Shown: piece by piece, positions 52,976 through 63,231 of the stretch | Position numbering within the stretch: position 1 is the first letter of the stretch | How the letters are laid out: each line of letters begins with the position of its first letter | Position numbers and translations under genes: made by a program | Assembly (NCBI GenBank): GCA_964388745.1 | Contig: CAYMBP010000001.1 | Coordinates: 28,244-92,243 of the forward strand | DNA from: an uncultured Pseudomonadota bacterium | GTDB lineage: Bacteria; Babelota; Babeliae; Babelales; RVW-14 | Direction: 5' to 3' | DNA length: 64,000 nt | Notes under the pieces: generated by a model | Seen by the model: the letters and a program-made list of their open reading frames with translations, nothing else | What the model was told of the DNA's origin: nothing | The model's database searches: none

Positions 52976-53766
52976 AAAATAAATTTTGGTTTTTCTAACA
53001 TTGAGTGGGCCATACGTGTATATTGAGACTCTGGGAATTGAGTGTCAAGCTCTTGAAGGTGTTCTTTGACCTTATCTGCTTTATTCATTTTTTTTGCAAG
53101 CTTACATTCAAGATAAACAAGGCGTGGCGCAATGTCCGGATGTTTAATTAGTTGGTTTTTTGCTAAGAAAGTTAAGCGTTTTTCTGCAGCATCATATTTT
53201 TTCTGCTTGAGGTAAAAATTAAAAATGTATATCTCTTTATCAATTAACTTATATTCACAGGTTTTTTTTATGTCGACAACATCTTGTTTGTAAGAAATAT
53301 CTGGGTTATTTTCAAGATAGTTAAGGCATAAATTAATTGTTTTTTTTGTTGGTTCTTGATCACAGTCAGTTCTAAGAGTTTGATTAAATTGTGAAAGAAT
53401 TGAGCGATATCGAGTGTATTCAGCATGAATGTCTGATGGGTACATCTGTTGATAGTGATTATAAAGTTCTTGAGCTGCTTCATAATGTTCATTTTTATAA
53501 TATATTTCAGCAAGCAAGAGCTTATATTTGTTTATATCTTCTCGTTCATGATGTCGTGCAATAATTTGTTGAAGATATTCAATAGCTAACTCATTTCGTT
53601 TACTTTCAACCATCGCAAGAGCTTTTGTTTTAAGTTCTTCAAAATTCATTTCATCTTTGGTTTTTTGTCGTGCACATGAATTAAAAAGTATCAACGTTAT
53701 GCAGTATAAGCTAACCATAAAAATATTTTTGAGATGATATTTTTGCATAAATGCAGTCTGTGTCAT
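52972..53766 (-). CDS. bamD: BamD/ComL-like outer-membrane assembly lipoprotein (TPR)
   Basis: Lipobox 'LFNSCA'. TPR-like helices ('AIEYLQQIIARH', 'YKLLLAEIYYKNEHYEAAQELY'). Confidence 0.55.
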   Translation of the reverse strand: MTQTAFMQKYHLKNIFMVSLYCITLILFNSCARQKTKDEMNFEELKTKALAMVESKRNELAIEYLQQIIARHHEREDINKYKLLLAEIYYKNEHYEAAQELYNHYQQMYPSDIHAEYTRYRSILSQFNQTLRTDCDQEPTKKTINLCLNYLENNPDISYKQDVVDIKKTCEYKLIDKEIYIFNFYLKQKKYDAAEKRLTFLAKNQLIKHPDIAPRLVYLECKLAKKMNKADKVKEHLQELDTQFPESQYTRMAHSMLEKPKFIL

Positions 53767-54033
53767 AGATTCATTCCTTAGTTTTGATAGTGTGGTGTAA
53801 GGGATTTGGTTACAGGTATTTCTCAGTATACTTATTTTTAGAGGTATGAAAATATATGAGAGCTATGTTTTTGATCTAGGCTTCGGTTGTTATGAATGTT
53901 CAGATTGGCAATAAAAAGATGGTTGGTGCGTGATATTCTTGTATTTGACTAGATAGAAGGAAACTTCTTTGGTAAACTTTTGGTACTTTTCTATGTTATT
54001 CTTCGTATTATCTGTATTTTTCATGTTTAAACG

Positions 54034-55686
54034 ATGAAAGCGTTTTTTATGAATAAGCATGTACTTGTTGTGGTGTTATCATTACTTACTGTATGGGGCG
54101 TTAATTACATGACGCAAAAAAGCTCAGGGCCTGTTAACTTTGGTGGAGAAGTTGCTGTTGAGCAAAAAGAGGCACAGCTTGGGGAGCCGATTATTGTACC
54201 AACAAAGCAGGAGCTACATGCACCACTTAATTTTATGATAGAGCGAGTTGAGTCAGAAACATTTGAATCATATGATGATACTTCTGTAGCAACTGATCAA
54301 GCAAAGCTTCATTTTTCAGGGCAGGGAGCGAGTATTGCTCATTTGCAGTTTAATGAGCATCATGGCAAAGGAGGGCTGCCATTAGCAACAGTAGAGTATG
54401 AGCCAAAAGATAATCGTAAAGATATAAATCAGAAAATTGCACCAAACACAATGTTTTTTCTTGGTTTAGAAAAAGGCCTGTTGTGGAATTATAGGCTTGT
54501 TGAACAATATGCAGATAATCAAAGTACAAAGATTATTTATGAGACGGATCATGTTGGATGGCGAGTGCGAAAGACTTTTGTTGTTTATAAGGCGACGTAT
54601 AAAATTGATGTTACGCTTTCATTTGAGAAGCGTGATGAGCAGGCTGAAAGCTTAAAGCCTCGCCTGCTTCTTGCTGCACCTCAAATAGCACAGCTGGAAG
54701 CTGATTCTGCTTCGTTGCTTGTATTGAATGAACGCTCTGGGTCTATTGATAAAAAAAATACTCAAGAGGCAGGAGATGTACATCAGTTGGCATGGCACTG
54801 GCGTACACCTGGGGTTATTTTTGGGTTAGAAAATAAGTATTTTGTGCATACATTGTTTAATGATCCACAACGTTTTGTGCAGCGTGGTTATGTGTTAGAT
54901 CAAACAGAACAGACTATGCAAACTCCTGTGAGTGTAGTGCTCGAAGGGCCGCGTATTGATAAAAGTGCATCATGGACAATGTCTTATTATTGTGGCCCTA
55001 AAACGGTAAAAGATCTTGGTGCTGTTGATGCACGCCTTGAAGAGTTGCTTTCATTCGGATGGCTTTCATGGTTATGTAAATTATTGCTTCGTATTTTACA
55101 AATGATCTTCGGGTATGTTCATAATTATGGTGTAGCCATTATATTATTGAGTATTTTGCTTAAGTTACCGTTTATGCCCCTCTCAATTTATGCGCGAATT
55201 ATTACAGAAAGATATCAACGTTATCAGCCAACAATTAATAAGATTCGCTCAAAGTATAAAAATAATTTACAATTGCAGCAGCAAGAATTAATGCGCTTTC
55301 ATAAGGATCATAACTTATCTCCAGCAACACCTTTGCTTGGTTGTTTACCGCTGTTAATCCAGATGCCGATTATGTTTGCGTTATATAAGGTTTTGAGTGG
55401 GCATATTGATCTTTATCAAGCTCCATTTTTTGGATGGATTACTGACTTGTCAGCAAAAGATCCTTATTATATTATTCCTATTTTGATGGGAATTGCTATG
55501 TTTTGGCAGCAGATGAAGGCGCCAATTTTGGATGAGAAGCAGCGCTTTGTTATGGCAATTATGCCTATTGTAATGACAGGTCTTTTTGCAGGATTTCCTG
55601 CTGGATTGGTCCTTTACTGGTTTATGAACGGAAATATTCTTGTTATTGGAGAGGACTATATAAGAAAGATTTTCTTTAAACGCTAG
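54034..55686 (+). CDS. yidC: membrane protein insertase YidC
   Basis: N-terminal TM, a large periplasmic domain, then the conserved core 'YGVAIILLSILLKLPFMPL', 'MPIMFALYKVL' and 'PAGLVLYWFMNGNI'. Confidence 0.9.
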   Translation: MKAFFMNKHVLVVVLSLLTVWGVNYMTQKSSGPVNFGGEVAVEQKEAQLGEPIIVPTKQELHAPLNFMIERVESETFESYDDTSVATDQAKLHFSGQGASIAHLQFNEHHGKGGLPLATVEYEPKDNRKDINQKIAPNTMFFLGLEKGLLWNYRLVEQYADNQSTKIIYETDHVGWRVRKTFVVYKATYKIDVTLSFEKRDEQAESLKPRLLLAAPQIAQLEADSASLLVLNERSGSIDKKNTQEAGDVHQLAWHWRTPGVIFGLENKYFVHTLFNDPQRFVQRGYVLDQTEQTMQTPVSVVLEGPRIDKSASWTMSYYCGPKTVKDLGAVDARLEELLSFGWLSWLCKLLLRILQMIFGYVHNYGVAIILLSILLKLPFMPLSIYARIITERYQRYQPTINKIRSKYKNNLQLQQQELMRFHKDHNLSPATPLLGCLPLLIQMPIMFALYKVLSGHIDLYQAPFFGWITDLSAKDPYYIIPILMGIAMFWQQMKAPILDEKQRFVMAIMPIVMTGLFAGFPAGLVLYWFMNGNILVIGEDYIRKIFFKR

Positions 55687-55694
55687 GAATTGCT

Positions 55695-56294
55695 ATGTTG
55701 TCTCAGCTTCCAACGTTACAAAAACTTATACGGCAGTTGCAAAGACTGCCGTACTTAGCTTCAAAAAATGTATATAAAGTTGCGGTGCATCTGCTTCAGT
55801 CTGATGACAAAAGTGTAAGTCAGCTTGTTCGATTAATTGAGCAGGCTCGACAACAAATTCATTATTGTTCACATTGTTTTAGTTGGGTTGAAAATGATGT
55901 TATTTGTAGTATTTGCTCATCAAAAAATCGGGATAAAAGTATTATTTGTGTTGTGAGTTCGTGGCATGATTTATGTGCTATTGAAAGCTCTGGTGAATAT
56001 AAGGGCTTGTATCATGTGTTAGGTGGTGTTTTGAGTCCTCTTGAAGGGATTGGTCCTGAGAGCTTAAGAATACAAGAGCTTCTTACACGGATTTCTCCAG
56101 AGATTAAAGAGCTTATTTTTGCATTGAATCCAACACCAGAGGGTGAAGCTACAGCAACTTATATTTTAACGCATTGTCCATCTCAGGATTTTAATATTTC
56201 CAAGTTGGCGCGAGGTATGCCTGTGGGTTCGATGCTTGAGTATATGGATCGTGTGACTATTTGTAAGGCGCTAACAGACCGTAGACCGTTTTGA
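55695..56294 (+). CDS. recR: recombination protein RecR
   Basis: HhH-like 'LIRQLQRLPYLASKNV'. Zinc finger 'CSHCFSWVENDVICSICS'. Toprim 'ICVVSSWHDLCAIESSGEYKGLYHVLGG'. Confidence 0.9.
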   Translation: MLSQLPTLQKLIRQLQRLPYLASKNVYKVAVHLLQSDDKSVSQLVRLIEQARQQIHYCSHCFSWVENDVICSICSSKNRDKSIICVVSSWHDLCAIESSGEYKGLYHVLGGVLSPLEGIGPESLRIQELLTRISPEIKELIFALNPTPEGEATATYILTHCPSQDFNISKLARGMPVGSMLEYMDRVTICKALTDRRPF

Positions 56295-58630
56295 CGAGTA
56301 ATGCATATTATTATATTTTCGGCCTTTTTTTTTTATTAATTACAGCATCACAACAGTTGAATGCAGACCTTACTCGATTTGTAAGATCAATTGAAAAAAT
56401 TTCAGTGAAAAGCCTCAAGCAAAAGTTTTTGAGCAATGAAGTTGTTCTGTTTGAAGGAGATGTTGAGGTTTTAATTGATCATAAAATGCATGTTTGGGCT
56501 CATCAGGTTTTAATTAATAAAAAAAATCAAACGATTTCTGCCTCTGGTTGTGAAGAGTCTCCCTTGTTATTTGAGCATCATAATACGACGTTACTTGCAG
56601 ACTACTTGTTCCTTGATTTATCAACAAAGAGGGGGTCTGCACAAAATATTCGTCTGCATTTTAATGATGGGTACATTCTTGCTTCGTCGGCAAGCAAAAA
56701 AAGTGATTATGTGTGGGAGGTTGAAAATATTACTTATACCTCGTGTGAGCATAGTCCTGCACATTGGAGTATTCATACGACTAAGGCCCAATTGCATGGA
56801 GGTTATTTGTTAACGGCTTCCGGCCTTTCATTTTATATAGGAAAACTCCCAATTTTTTGGTTTCCCTATCTCATTCTTCCCTTACAAGGGCAGTCGCTTT
56901 CAGGTTTTTTAATTCCACGTTTCTTTTTTGATTATCAGTATGGTTTTGGATTTAAACAACAGTACTATCAATCATTGGGCTCTCACTCAGATACTACGCT
57001 TACTTTTGATTGGCGAGAGAAACGAGGTGTTGTTCTCTCAGATGAATTTCGCTGGGCTCGTTCACTAACTGATTATACCAAAATGAATGCAAGCTTTGCT
57101 ATTGTGCGAGACATGCTTGTACAACAAGGGGATTGTTTGTGCAAGCGGACAAGATACCGGTATTGGATTCAAGGGCTTGATTTTGCGCAGTATGAGTTAG
57201 GGACCTATGACCGGCTGTATCGCTTAATGAGTGTTGATGTAGGTACAGACAAGCGACTAGGTTACCACTTCTTTAATAATATTGCCGATATTGAAAATAC
57301 CTTTAATACTGCTTTTATTCATCGACTTTTTTCATCTAAGCGATTGTGGTCTATTGATATTGATAGCCATATTACACGCCAAAAAGTATTTCAAGATAGA
57401 GACATTAATCAATCCATGGTGACTGATTTGTGCTGCTATGAATCATGTAATAATCAGGTGCAGCAAGAATCTGAGACACAGGTCACAGTGGTACATCTTC
57501 CTCATTGTGAAATTAATTCGGCCTATCTTGATTTGAGTAAGCTTTGTTCATTGCGGTATGATTTTTTTGCTGACTTTGTTCATTATAAAAAACATCTTAC
57601 TGAGCGTTTTTTTTATGGAAAAACGCTCGTTTCTGAGCAAGAAATTGTTAAATTACAGAAAAAAGATGTTATTCGAGCTGAACTGATTACCTCATTTTAT
57701 AAATCCCTTAATTATGGGGGGCAGGCGCTTTCAATGAGTGTGAGTCCTCATCTTCAAATGAGAAGCCATCGGTTGAAAGATAGGGAGCCAGAGAATAGTC
57801 GTGGGGTGTATGAGCAGGCTATTTTTGGAAGTGGAGTATACCGTTTACTAACAACAGTTCAGGTTGAGTGGGGAATGCCAGAAATGAATTATGCCTTTGA
57901 GGGTGCTGATCTGATGATTCTTCCAACGTTGACCTGGTCGTACAGCCCCTCGTTTGATCAGAGCCATTGGATTGTTGCTGACAAGTGGGATAAAATTTAT
58001 TCGCACAATGCACTAACCGGTTCAGTACTCGCTTCTTTTGTGACAGAGCATGCTTCTTGTGATATCTATCTTGAGCAGGGGTATGACTTTGAAGGGCCGG
58101 AGAATCGATTTTTTTTACAGCATTCTGGGAGTCGCCATTTGTTACCCTTCAGGTGTGATATACTTTTGCATGCAGGTAGCATGCTTCTTGCTTCAAATAC
58201 TGAGTATAACTTTAAAACAGGTGATCTTATTGGTGCCCAAATAAAAAGTTCATTTCAATGCCGAGCAATTGAATTGAGCGTTGGGTATCTTTACTCTTCT
58301 CCTTCTGTGATGAAGAGGCGAGAGCTTTTATCAACGCTTCCACACTTCGTTACCTTAGATTGTTCCCTTGCTCTTAGTGATCGACTTCATCTGTACTATG
58401 AGGCGCAGTTTTATGCACGAGGGAAAGATGCATTCTTTCGGATTGTTCATTTGACGCCTGTTTTACATCGTGTTGGACTTGAATATAAAGGTCACTGTTG
58501 GAGCGCGTATCTTGGTTTTGAAGAAAAGAAATATCAAGAGCTTGGCCATGACAAAACGGAACAGGTTATGCTATTTTCCGTAAAATTTGACGCACTTGGA
58601 TCTTTTGCAAAAAAAATTAAAAAATTATAG
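56291..58630 (+). CDS. lptD: LptD/OstA-like LPS-assembly outer-membrane protein
   Basis: 779 aa with a signal peptide. OstA-N-like 'VVLFEGDVEVLIDHKMHVWAHQVLINKKNQTISASG'. Long beta-rich C-terminal region. TTG start overlaps the recR stop. Confidence 0.6.
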   Translation: MTSNAYYYIFGLFFLLITASQQLNADLTRFVRSIEKISVKSLKQKFLSNEVVLFEGDVEVLIDHKMHVWAHQVLINKKNQTISASGCEESPLLFEHHNTTLLADYLFLDLSTKRGSAQNIRLHFNDGYILASSASKKSDYVWEVENITYTSCEHSPAHWSIHTTKAQLHGGYLLTASGLSFYIGKLPIFWFPYLILPLQGQSLSGFLIPRFFFDYQYGFGFKQQYYQSLGSHSDTTLTFDWREKRGVVLSDEFRWARSLTDYTKMNASFAIVRDMLVQQGDCLCKRTRYRYWIQGLDFAQYELGTYDRLYRLMSVDVGTDKRLGYHFFNNIADIENTFNTAFIHRLFSSKRLWSIDIDSHITRQKVFQDRDINQSMVTDLCCYESCNNQVQQESETQVTVVHLPHCEINSAYLDLSKLCSLRYDFFADFVHYKKHLTERFFYGKTLVSEQEIVKLQKKDVIRAELITSFYKSLNYGGQALSMSVSPHLQMRSHRLKDREPENSRGVYEQAIFGSGVYRLLTTVQVEWGMPEMNYAFEGADLMILPTLTWSYSPSFDQSHWIVADKWDKIYSHNALTGSVLASFVTEHASCDIYLEQGYDFEGPENRFFLQHSGSRHLLPFRCDILLHAGSMLLASNTEYNFKTGDLIGAQIKSSFQCRAIELSVGYLYSSPSVMKRRELLSTLPHFVTLDCSLALSDRLHLYYEAQFYARGKDAFFRIVHLTPVLHRVGLEYKGHCWSAYLGFEEKKYQELGHDKTEQVMLFSVKFDALGSFAKKIKKL

Positions 58631-58656
58631 TCTGCCAAGGGGTAAAAAAGAGAGAG

Positions 58657-59997
58657 ATGGTGAAAAAAATTTTTGTTTTTTTATGTGGATTGCTATTTGT
58701 TTCTTTTTATGTGAAAGGAGATGCAAAAAGAATGATGAACAACGTTGATCTTTTTAAGAAGCGGCGGCAAAAGCTTGTTGCAACGGTGGCTCAAGAACAT
58801 GGTCGCGGGGTGCTTGTTTTGAGTGCAGGTTTTGATCAAGATGGTACAGTTATACCTTTTAGACAAGATAAAGATTTTTATTATTTTACAGGCTTGCAAG
58901 AAACCGGCCTTGTATTGCTGTGTTATCCTGATGGCAAAGAAGAGCTTTACATTCCTCACTATTCAGATGTTCGTGGACAGTGGGTGACTGGTGGAATAAA
59001 GATAGATGATGATCCAGCAAGTTATGGCGTTTCAAAAATTATGCACCTTGGGCAGTTGGTGAGAGGGTATGATTGTCCTCTTGTATATCAAAAAGAACGA
59101 TATAAAAACTTGATTAACGAACTTAGTATGCATGAAAAAATTTTTCTTTTAAGCGATATTGAGAGTAAACTTTTTACGCCTAAAAACTTATTATGGTGTT
59201 GGATTGCGCAGCAGGATAATGAGCTCAAGAAAAAGATAATAGATGTTTCTTACTTCGCCCATGAAATGCGTCGCATAAAGGATGATGTTGAGCTGCAGAA
59301 TCTTCAGCGGGCCATAGATATAACGCTTGAAGCTCAAAGTGTTGTTGCGCGTGAGATACAAGAAGGGCGTTGTGAATATGAAGTTAAAGCGGCTTTAGAA
59401 TATGTTTTTTTGAAGAATAACGCATACTGTTCATTTCCTTCAATTGTTGCCACAGGAGTTAATGGAACAATTCTTCATTACACAGATAATCAGGCAGTGT
59501 TAAAAAAAGGAGATTTGGTTGTTGTGGATATTGGAGCAGAAGTGAATGGATATGCTGCAGATATTACTCGAACGTTTCCTGTAGGAGGGGTTTTTTCTGA
59601 GCGACAGAAAGAAGTATACGATTGTGTTTATGAGACACAAGCATATGTTGCCTCGCGTGCTCGTCCAGGAGTGTTTTTAAGAAATAGTGAATGTCCAGAT
59701 AACTCTTTACATCATTTGGCACTAGCTTTTCTTAAGGATCGAGGGTATGATCGATACTTTGTTCATGGCATAGGACACTACTTGGGGCTTGATGTTCATG
59801 ATGTTGGTGATTATAAAACTCCATTGCAAGTTGGAGATGTATTTACTATTGAACCGGGCATTTATATTCAAGAAGAAGCACTTGGAGTGCGTATTGAAGA
59901 TGACTATCTTATTACGGAAGGCGGTTGTTGTTGCTTAAGCAATGCATTGAGCGCAGAACGTAGCGCTATTGAAATATTAATAGCAGATAAAGGCTAG
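58657..59997 (+). CDS. pepP: Xaa-Pro aminopeptidase (M24B) with a signal peptide
   Basis: 'VVDIGAEVNGYAADITRTFP', 'HGIGHYLGLDVHD' and 'FTIEPGIY...VRIEDD'. N-terminal 'MVKKIFVFLCGLLFVSFYVKG'. Confidence 0.85.
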   Translation: MVKKIFVFLCGLLFVSFYVKGDAKRMMNNVDLFKKRRQKLVATVAQEHGRGVLVLSAGFDQDGTVIPFRQDKDFYYFTGLQETGLVLLCYPDGKEELYIPHYSDVRGQWVTGGIKIDDDPASYGVSKIMHLGQLVRGYDCPLVYQKERYKNLINELSMHEKIFLLSDIESKLFTPKNLLWCWIAQQDNELKKKIIDVSYFAHEMRRIKDDVELQNLQRAIDITLEAQSVVAREIQEGRCEYEVKAALEYVFLKNNAYCSFPSIVATGVNGTILHYTDNQAVLKKGDLVVVDIGAEVNGYAADITRTFPVGGVFSERQKEVYDCVYETQAYVASRARPGVFLRNSECPDNSLHHLALAFLKDRGYDRYFVHGIGHYLGLDVHDVGDYKTPLQVGDVFTIEPGIYIQEEALGVRIEDDYLITEGGCCCLSNALSAERSAIEILIADKG

Positions 59998-60086
59998 TAG
60001 TTTGAGTTATTTTCTTTTCTTCTTCAAGTAGGTTATCTTGTGCTTTAGTTTTACAGTATTCACAAGAACAGAAAGATTGATAAATT

Positions 60087-61736
60087 ATGGAAGAAAAAGA
60101 ATTGCGAGATCAAGTTATTGAAAAAAACATATCATTTATTGTTGTCACAGGAGGAGTTTGCTCATCAATTGGTAAAGGTGTACTTGTTTCTTCGTTGGGT
60201 GTGTTGCTCAGGCAGGCGGGTTATAGGCTTTCTCTTGTGAAGTGGGATCCTTATTTAAATGTTGATCCAGGAACAATGTCACCTTTGGTGCATGGAGAGG
60301 TTTTTGTTACTGCTGATGGAGCAGAAACAGATCTTGATTTAGGTCACTATGAACGATTTGTTGGTATTGAGCTGGATCGCTCTTCATCAGTTTCTTCAGG
60401 TCAAATTTTTGAAGAAGTATTGCAAAAAGAGAGGGCTGGAGAGTTTCTTGGGAAATGCATACAATTAGTCCCTCATGTAGTTGATGCAACAAAAAAACGC
60501 CTCTTACAATTTGCTCTTGCTAAGAACGTTGAGTTTGTTTTGCTTGAGATTGGTGGAACAGTTGGAGATATGGAGGGGAATGTTTTTCTTGAAGCAATTA
60601 GACAATTGCGAATGGAGCTTGGAAAAGAGCGGTTTATGCATGCTCACTTGAGCTATGTTCCCGTGCTTGGGTGGACAGGAGAAATAAAAACGAAGCCAAC
60701 GCAGCATAGTGTAATTCAATTAAAGCAGGCAGGGCTTACTCCTGATTGCTTATTTTTGAGGTCAGATGCAGAAATTGACAGATCAAATGTTGATAAATTA
60801 TCAGTAATGTGTGGTGTTGCAAAAGAGCTGATTTTTCATGTTCCAACAGCTCGTCCTATATATTCACTTTTTTTGAATCTTAAAGAACAATGTGTGGGGC
60901 AGAGGATACAGGAATATTTTGGTGTTACTCAGATTAAAGATATTGATTTGTCTGAGTGGGCTAAGCTGATTGATATGATCGCAGCGGTTCAAAAAGAAGT
61001 CCGGGTTGTTTTGGTTGCGAAATATGTTGGAACAAATGATCCATATATCAGTGTTATTGATGCTCTTAAAGTGGCAGGATATCATTGTGGTGTTGAGGTA
61101 AAGATACGAGTAGTCGATGCTGAACGAGCTGAAAGAGAGCCTGACTATTTATTAGAAATGCTTTCTGACGCGCAAGGCGTTGTTGTGCCTGGTGGTTTTG
61201 ATACACGAGGAATTAGTGGAAAAATTGCTGCAGCACGGTATGCTCGAGAAAATAAGATTCCTTATTTTGGGTTATGCTTGGGTATGCAAATTATGCTTAT
61301 TGAATTTGCTCAATCTCAGCTTGGTATGCAAAATGCAAATAGTACTGAAGTTGATAAAAACACTCCGCATCCAGTTATTTCATTACTTATTGAGCAGAAG
61401 AATATTGAACTTAAAGGAGCAACAATGCGTCTTGGCAATTATCCTTGTGCTATTATGCCAGAGAGTAAAGCTTATCAAGCTTATCAGCAAGATGTAGTTA
61501 TTGAGCGACATCGTCATCGGTATGAATTTAATAATAGTTATAAGAAAATATATGAGGATGCGGGAATAGTATTTTCAGGTATATATAAGGATAAAAATCT
61601 TGTTGAAATAGCTGAAATTAAAGATCAAGATTTCATGCTTGCAACACAGTTTCATCCAGAGTTTACGTCTTCACCATTGCGAGTACATCCCTTGTTTAAG
61701 CTTTTTATTGAAAATGTTGCCAATAAGGAATTATGA
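60087..61736 (+). CDS. pyrG: CTP synthase
   Basis: 'FIVVTGGVCSSIGKG' and 'DPYLNVDPGTMSP'. GATase 'GLCLGMQ' and 'HRHRYEFN'. Confidence 0.93.
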   Translation: MEEKELRDQVIEKNISFIVVTGGVCSSIGKGVLVSSLGVLLRQAGYRLSLVKWDPYLNVDPGTMSPLVHGEVFVTADGAETDLDLGHYERFVGIELDRSSSVSSGQIFEEVLQKERAGEFLGKCIQLVPHVVDATKKRLLQFALAKNVEFVLLEIGGTVGDMEGNVFLEAIRQLRMELGKERFMHAHLSYVPVLGWTGEIKTKPTQHSVIQLKQAGLTPDCLFLRSDAEIDRSNVDKLSVMCGVAKELIFHVPTARPIYSLFLNLKEQCVGQRIQEYFGVTQIKDIDLSEWAKLIDMIAAVQKEVRVVLVAKYVGTNDPYISVIDALKVAGYHCGVEVKIRVVDAERAEREPDYLLEMLSDAQGVVVPGGFDTRGISGKIAAARYARENKIPYFGLCLGMQIMLIEFAQSQLGMQNANSTEVDKNTPHPVISLLIEQKNIELKGATMRLGNYPCAIMPESKAYQAYQQDVVIERHRHRYEFNNSYKKIYEDAGIVFSGIYKDKNLVEIAEIKDQDFMLATQFHPEFTSSPLRVHPLFKLFIENVANKEL

Positions 61737-61744
61737 TTTCTGAG

Positions 61745-61773
61745 ATTGACCCTTTTGTAAATTTATCATACAA
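61745..61773 (+). promoter_or_regulatory. sigma70-like promoter upstream of rplM
   Basis: TTGACC (61745-61750), a 17-nt spacer, then TACAAT (61768-61773). Lies about 63 nt before the rplM ATG. Confidence 0.5.
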
Positions 61774-61836
61774 TGAAGTCACCTCTTTTCTCCTTGTAGA
61801 TTTTACCACAAATGAAAATAAAAGGACTAGCTTATT

Positions 61837-62262
61837 ATGGATATGAACAAGAGCTTCTATTTAAAAAAGGAGCAACGAGCGCCTAAGTGGCATGTAATAG
61901 ATGCTACAGATAAAATTCTTGGACGATTGTCAACAGAAATTGCCGATAAATTGCGAGGTAAAGTTAATCCTTTTTACACACCATCAACAGATTCTGGAGA
62001 CTATGTTGTGGTTATTAATTGCGATAAGATTAAGTTGACAGGTAATAAGTGGGAAGACAAGATTTATAGAACATATTCAGGATGGCGAAGTGGCCAGAAA
62101 GAACGCACAGCCTTGGAGCTTTACAAAAAAGATCCTCGGGAGATTGTACGTCTTTCTGTTCGAGGAATGCTTCCTAAAAATAAGCTTAATCGCTGTATTA
62201 TTAAAAAACTTAAGCTTTATTCTGGAGCTGAACATAATCATCAGGCTCAGGTGGGCGTATAA
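61837..62262 (+). CDS. rplM: 50S ribosomal protein L13
   Basis: 'WHVIDATDKILGRLSTEIADKLRGK', 'GDYVVVINCDKI' and 'VRGMLPKN'. Confidence 0.93.
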   Translation: MDMNKSFYLKKEQRAPKWHVIDATDKILGRLSTEIADKLRGKVNPFYTPSTDSGDYVVVINCDKIKLTGNKWEDKIYRTYSGWRSGQKERTALELYKKDPREIVRLSVRGMLPKNKLNRCIIKKLKLYSGAEHNHQAQVGV

Positions 62263-62295
62263 GCTTTAATATCAGAAGAAGCAAAATAAAAGTTA

Positions 62296-62331
62296 AGCAG
62301 GGGCTATTGTAAAATGCCCCTGCTTTTTTTG
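62296..62331 (+). terminator. rho-independent terminator after rplM
   Basis: agcaggggc (62296-62304) pairs with gcccctgct (62316-62324). A T7 run follows. Confidence 0.8.
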
Positions 62332-62358
62332 TATTGTACAAATACTTATGGAGATAAG

Positions 62359-63228
62359 ATGATGAGTAGTTTTCAAAAAACTGTCAAAAAATCAGTTTTT
62401 CTTGGGGGTATTGGTGTTCACTCTGGAGGACCTGTTTCTTTGCAAATTTATCCAGCAGAAGCGGATACAGGAATCATTTTTAGAAATAATAAACACTTGC
62501 AAGACCCTATTAAAATTGGAAAAATTGTTCCAGAAGAAGCAATGCATGCAACAGTATTAAAAGGGCGGTCATGGGGGTTAAGTACTGTTGAACATCTAAT
62601 GGCTGCGTTGATGGGAATGGAAATTGATAATGCTGAGATAATTGTAAATGGGTATGAGGTTCCTATTTTTGATGGGAGTGCTGCGCCATTTGTTCATGCA
62701 ATTCAAGAAGCCGAATTAGAGGTTTTAAAAGCCGCTCGAAAATGGATAACTCCTCGAAAAGAGATAATGCTTGAAAAGCAAGAAGGAATTCGATTGTTTT
62801 TATCTCCAGATGCTCAGTTGTATAATGAAAAAGCTCTTTATATGGAGTATTCTGGATCTTTTGATCATCCTCTTATTGGTAGTGGAATAGAGCAAGGCAA
62901 AGTGACTTCTGAGTATTTTATTAAATCTATTGCCCCTGCAAGAACATTTGGATTTCTTGAGCAATTACCATTTTTGCGTAGCTACAATCTTGCTCAGGGG
63001 AGTTCTTTGGGGAATACAGTTGTATTGAGTAAAGAGGGATTTGTAAATAATATCCGTTATAAAAATGAATGTATGCGCCATAAATTTCTTGATCTTTTTG
63101 GAGACTTGGCTCTTCTGGGTTACGCTCTTGTTGGTAGAGTTTCTGCCAGAAGAACCGGACATAATTTTAATCGGATGGTCATTCAGCATTATCTTAATAA
63201 TAATGATGAATGGCGAGTGTTTGAGTAA
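62359..63228 (+). CDS. lpxC: UDP-3-O-acyl-GlcNAc deacetylase
   Basis: ATG 62359 follows GGAG; the ORF is open from 62314 across the terminator. 'FLGGIGVHSGGPVSLQIYPAEADTGIIF', 'STVEHLMAAL' and 'HKFLDLFGDLAL'. Confidence 0.9.
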   Translation: MMSSFQKTVKKSVFLGGIGVHSGGPVSLQIYPAEADTGIIFRNNKHLQDPIKIGKIVPEEAMHATVLKGRSWGLSTVEHLMAALMGMEIDNAEIIVNGYEVPIFDGSAAPFVHAIQEAELEVLKAARKWITPRKEIMLEKQEGIRLFLSPDAQLYNEKALYMEYSGSFDHPLIGSGIEQGKVTSEYFIKSIAPARTFGFLEQLPFLRSYNLAQGSSLGNTVVLSKEGFVNNIRYKNECMRHKFLDLFGDLALLGYALVGRVSARRTGHNFNRMVIQHYLNNNDEWRVFE

Positions 63229-63231
63229 AAA

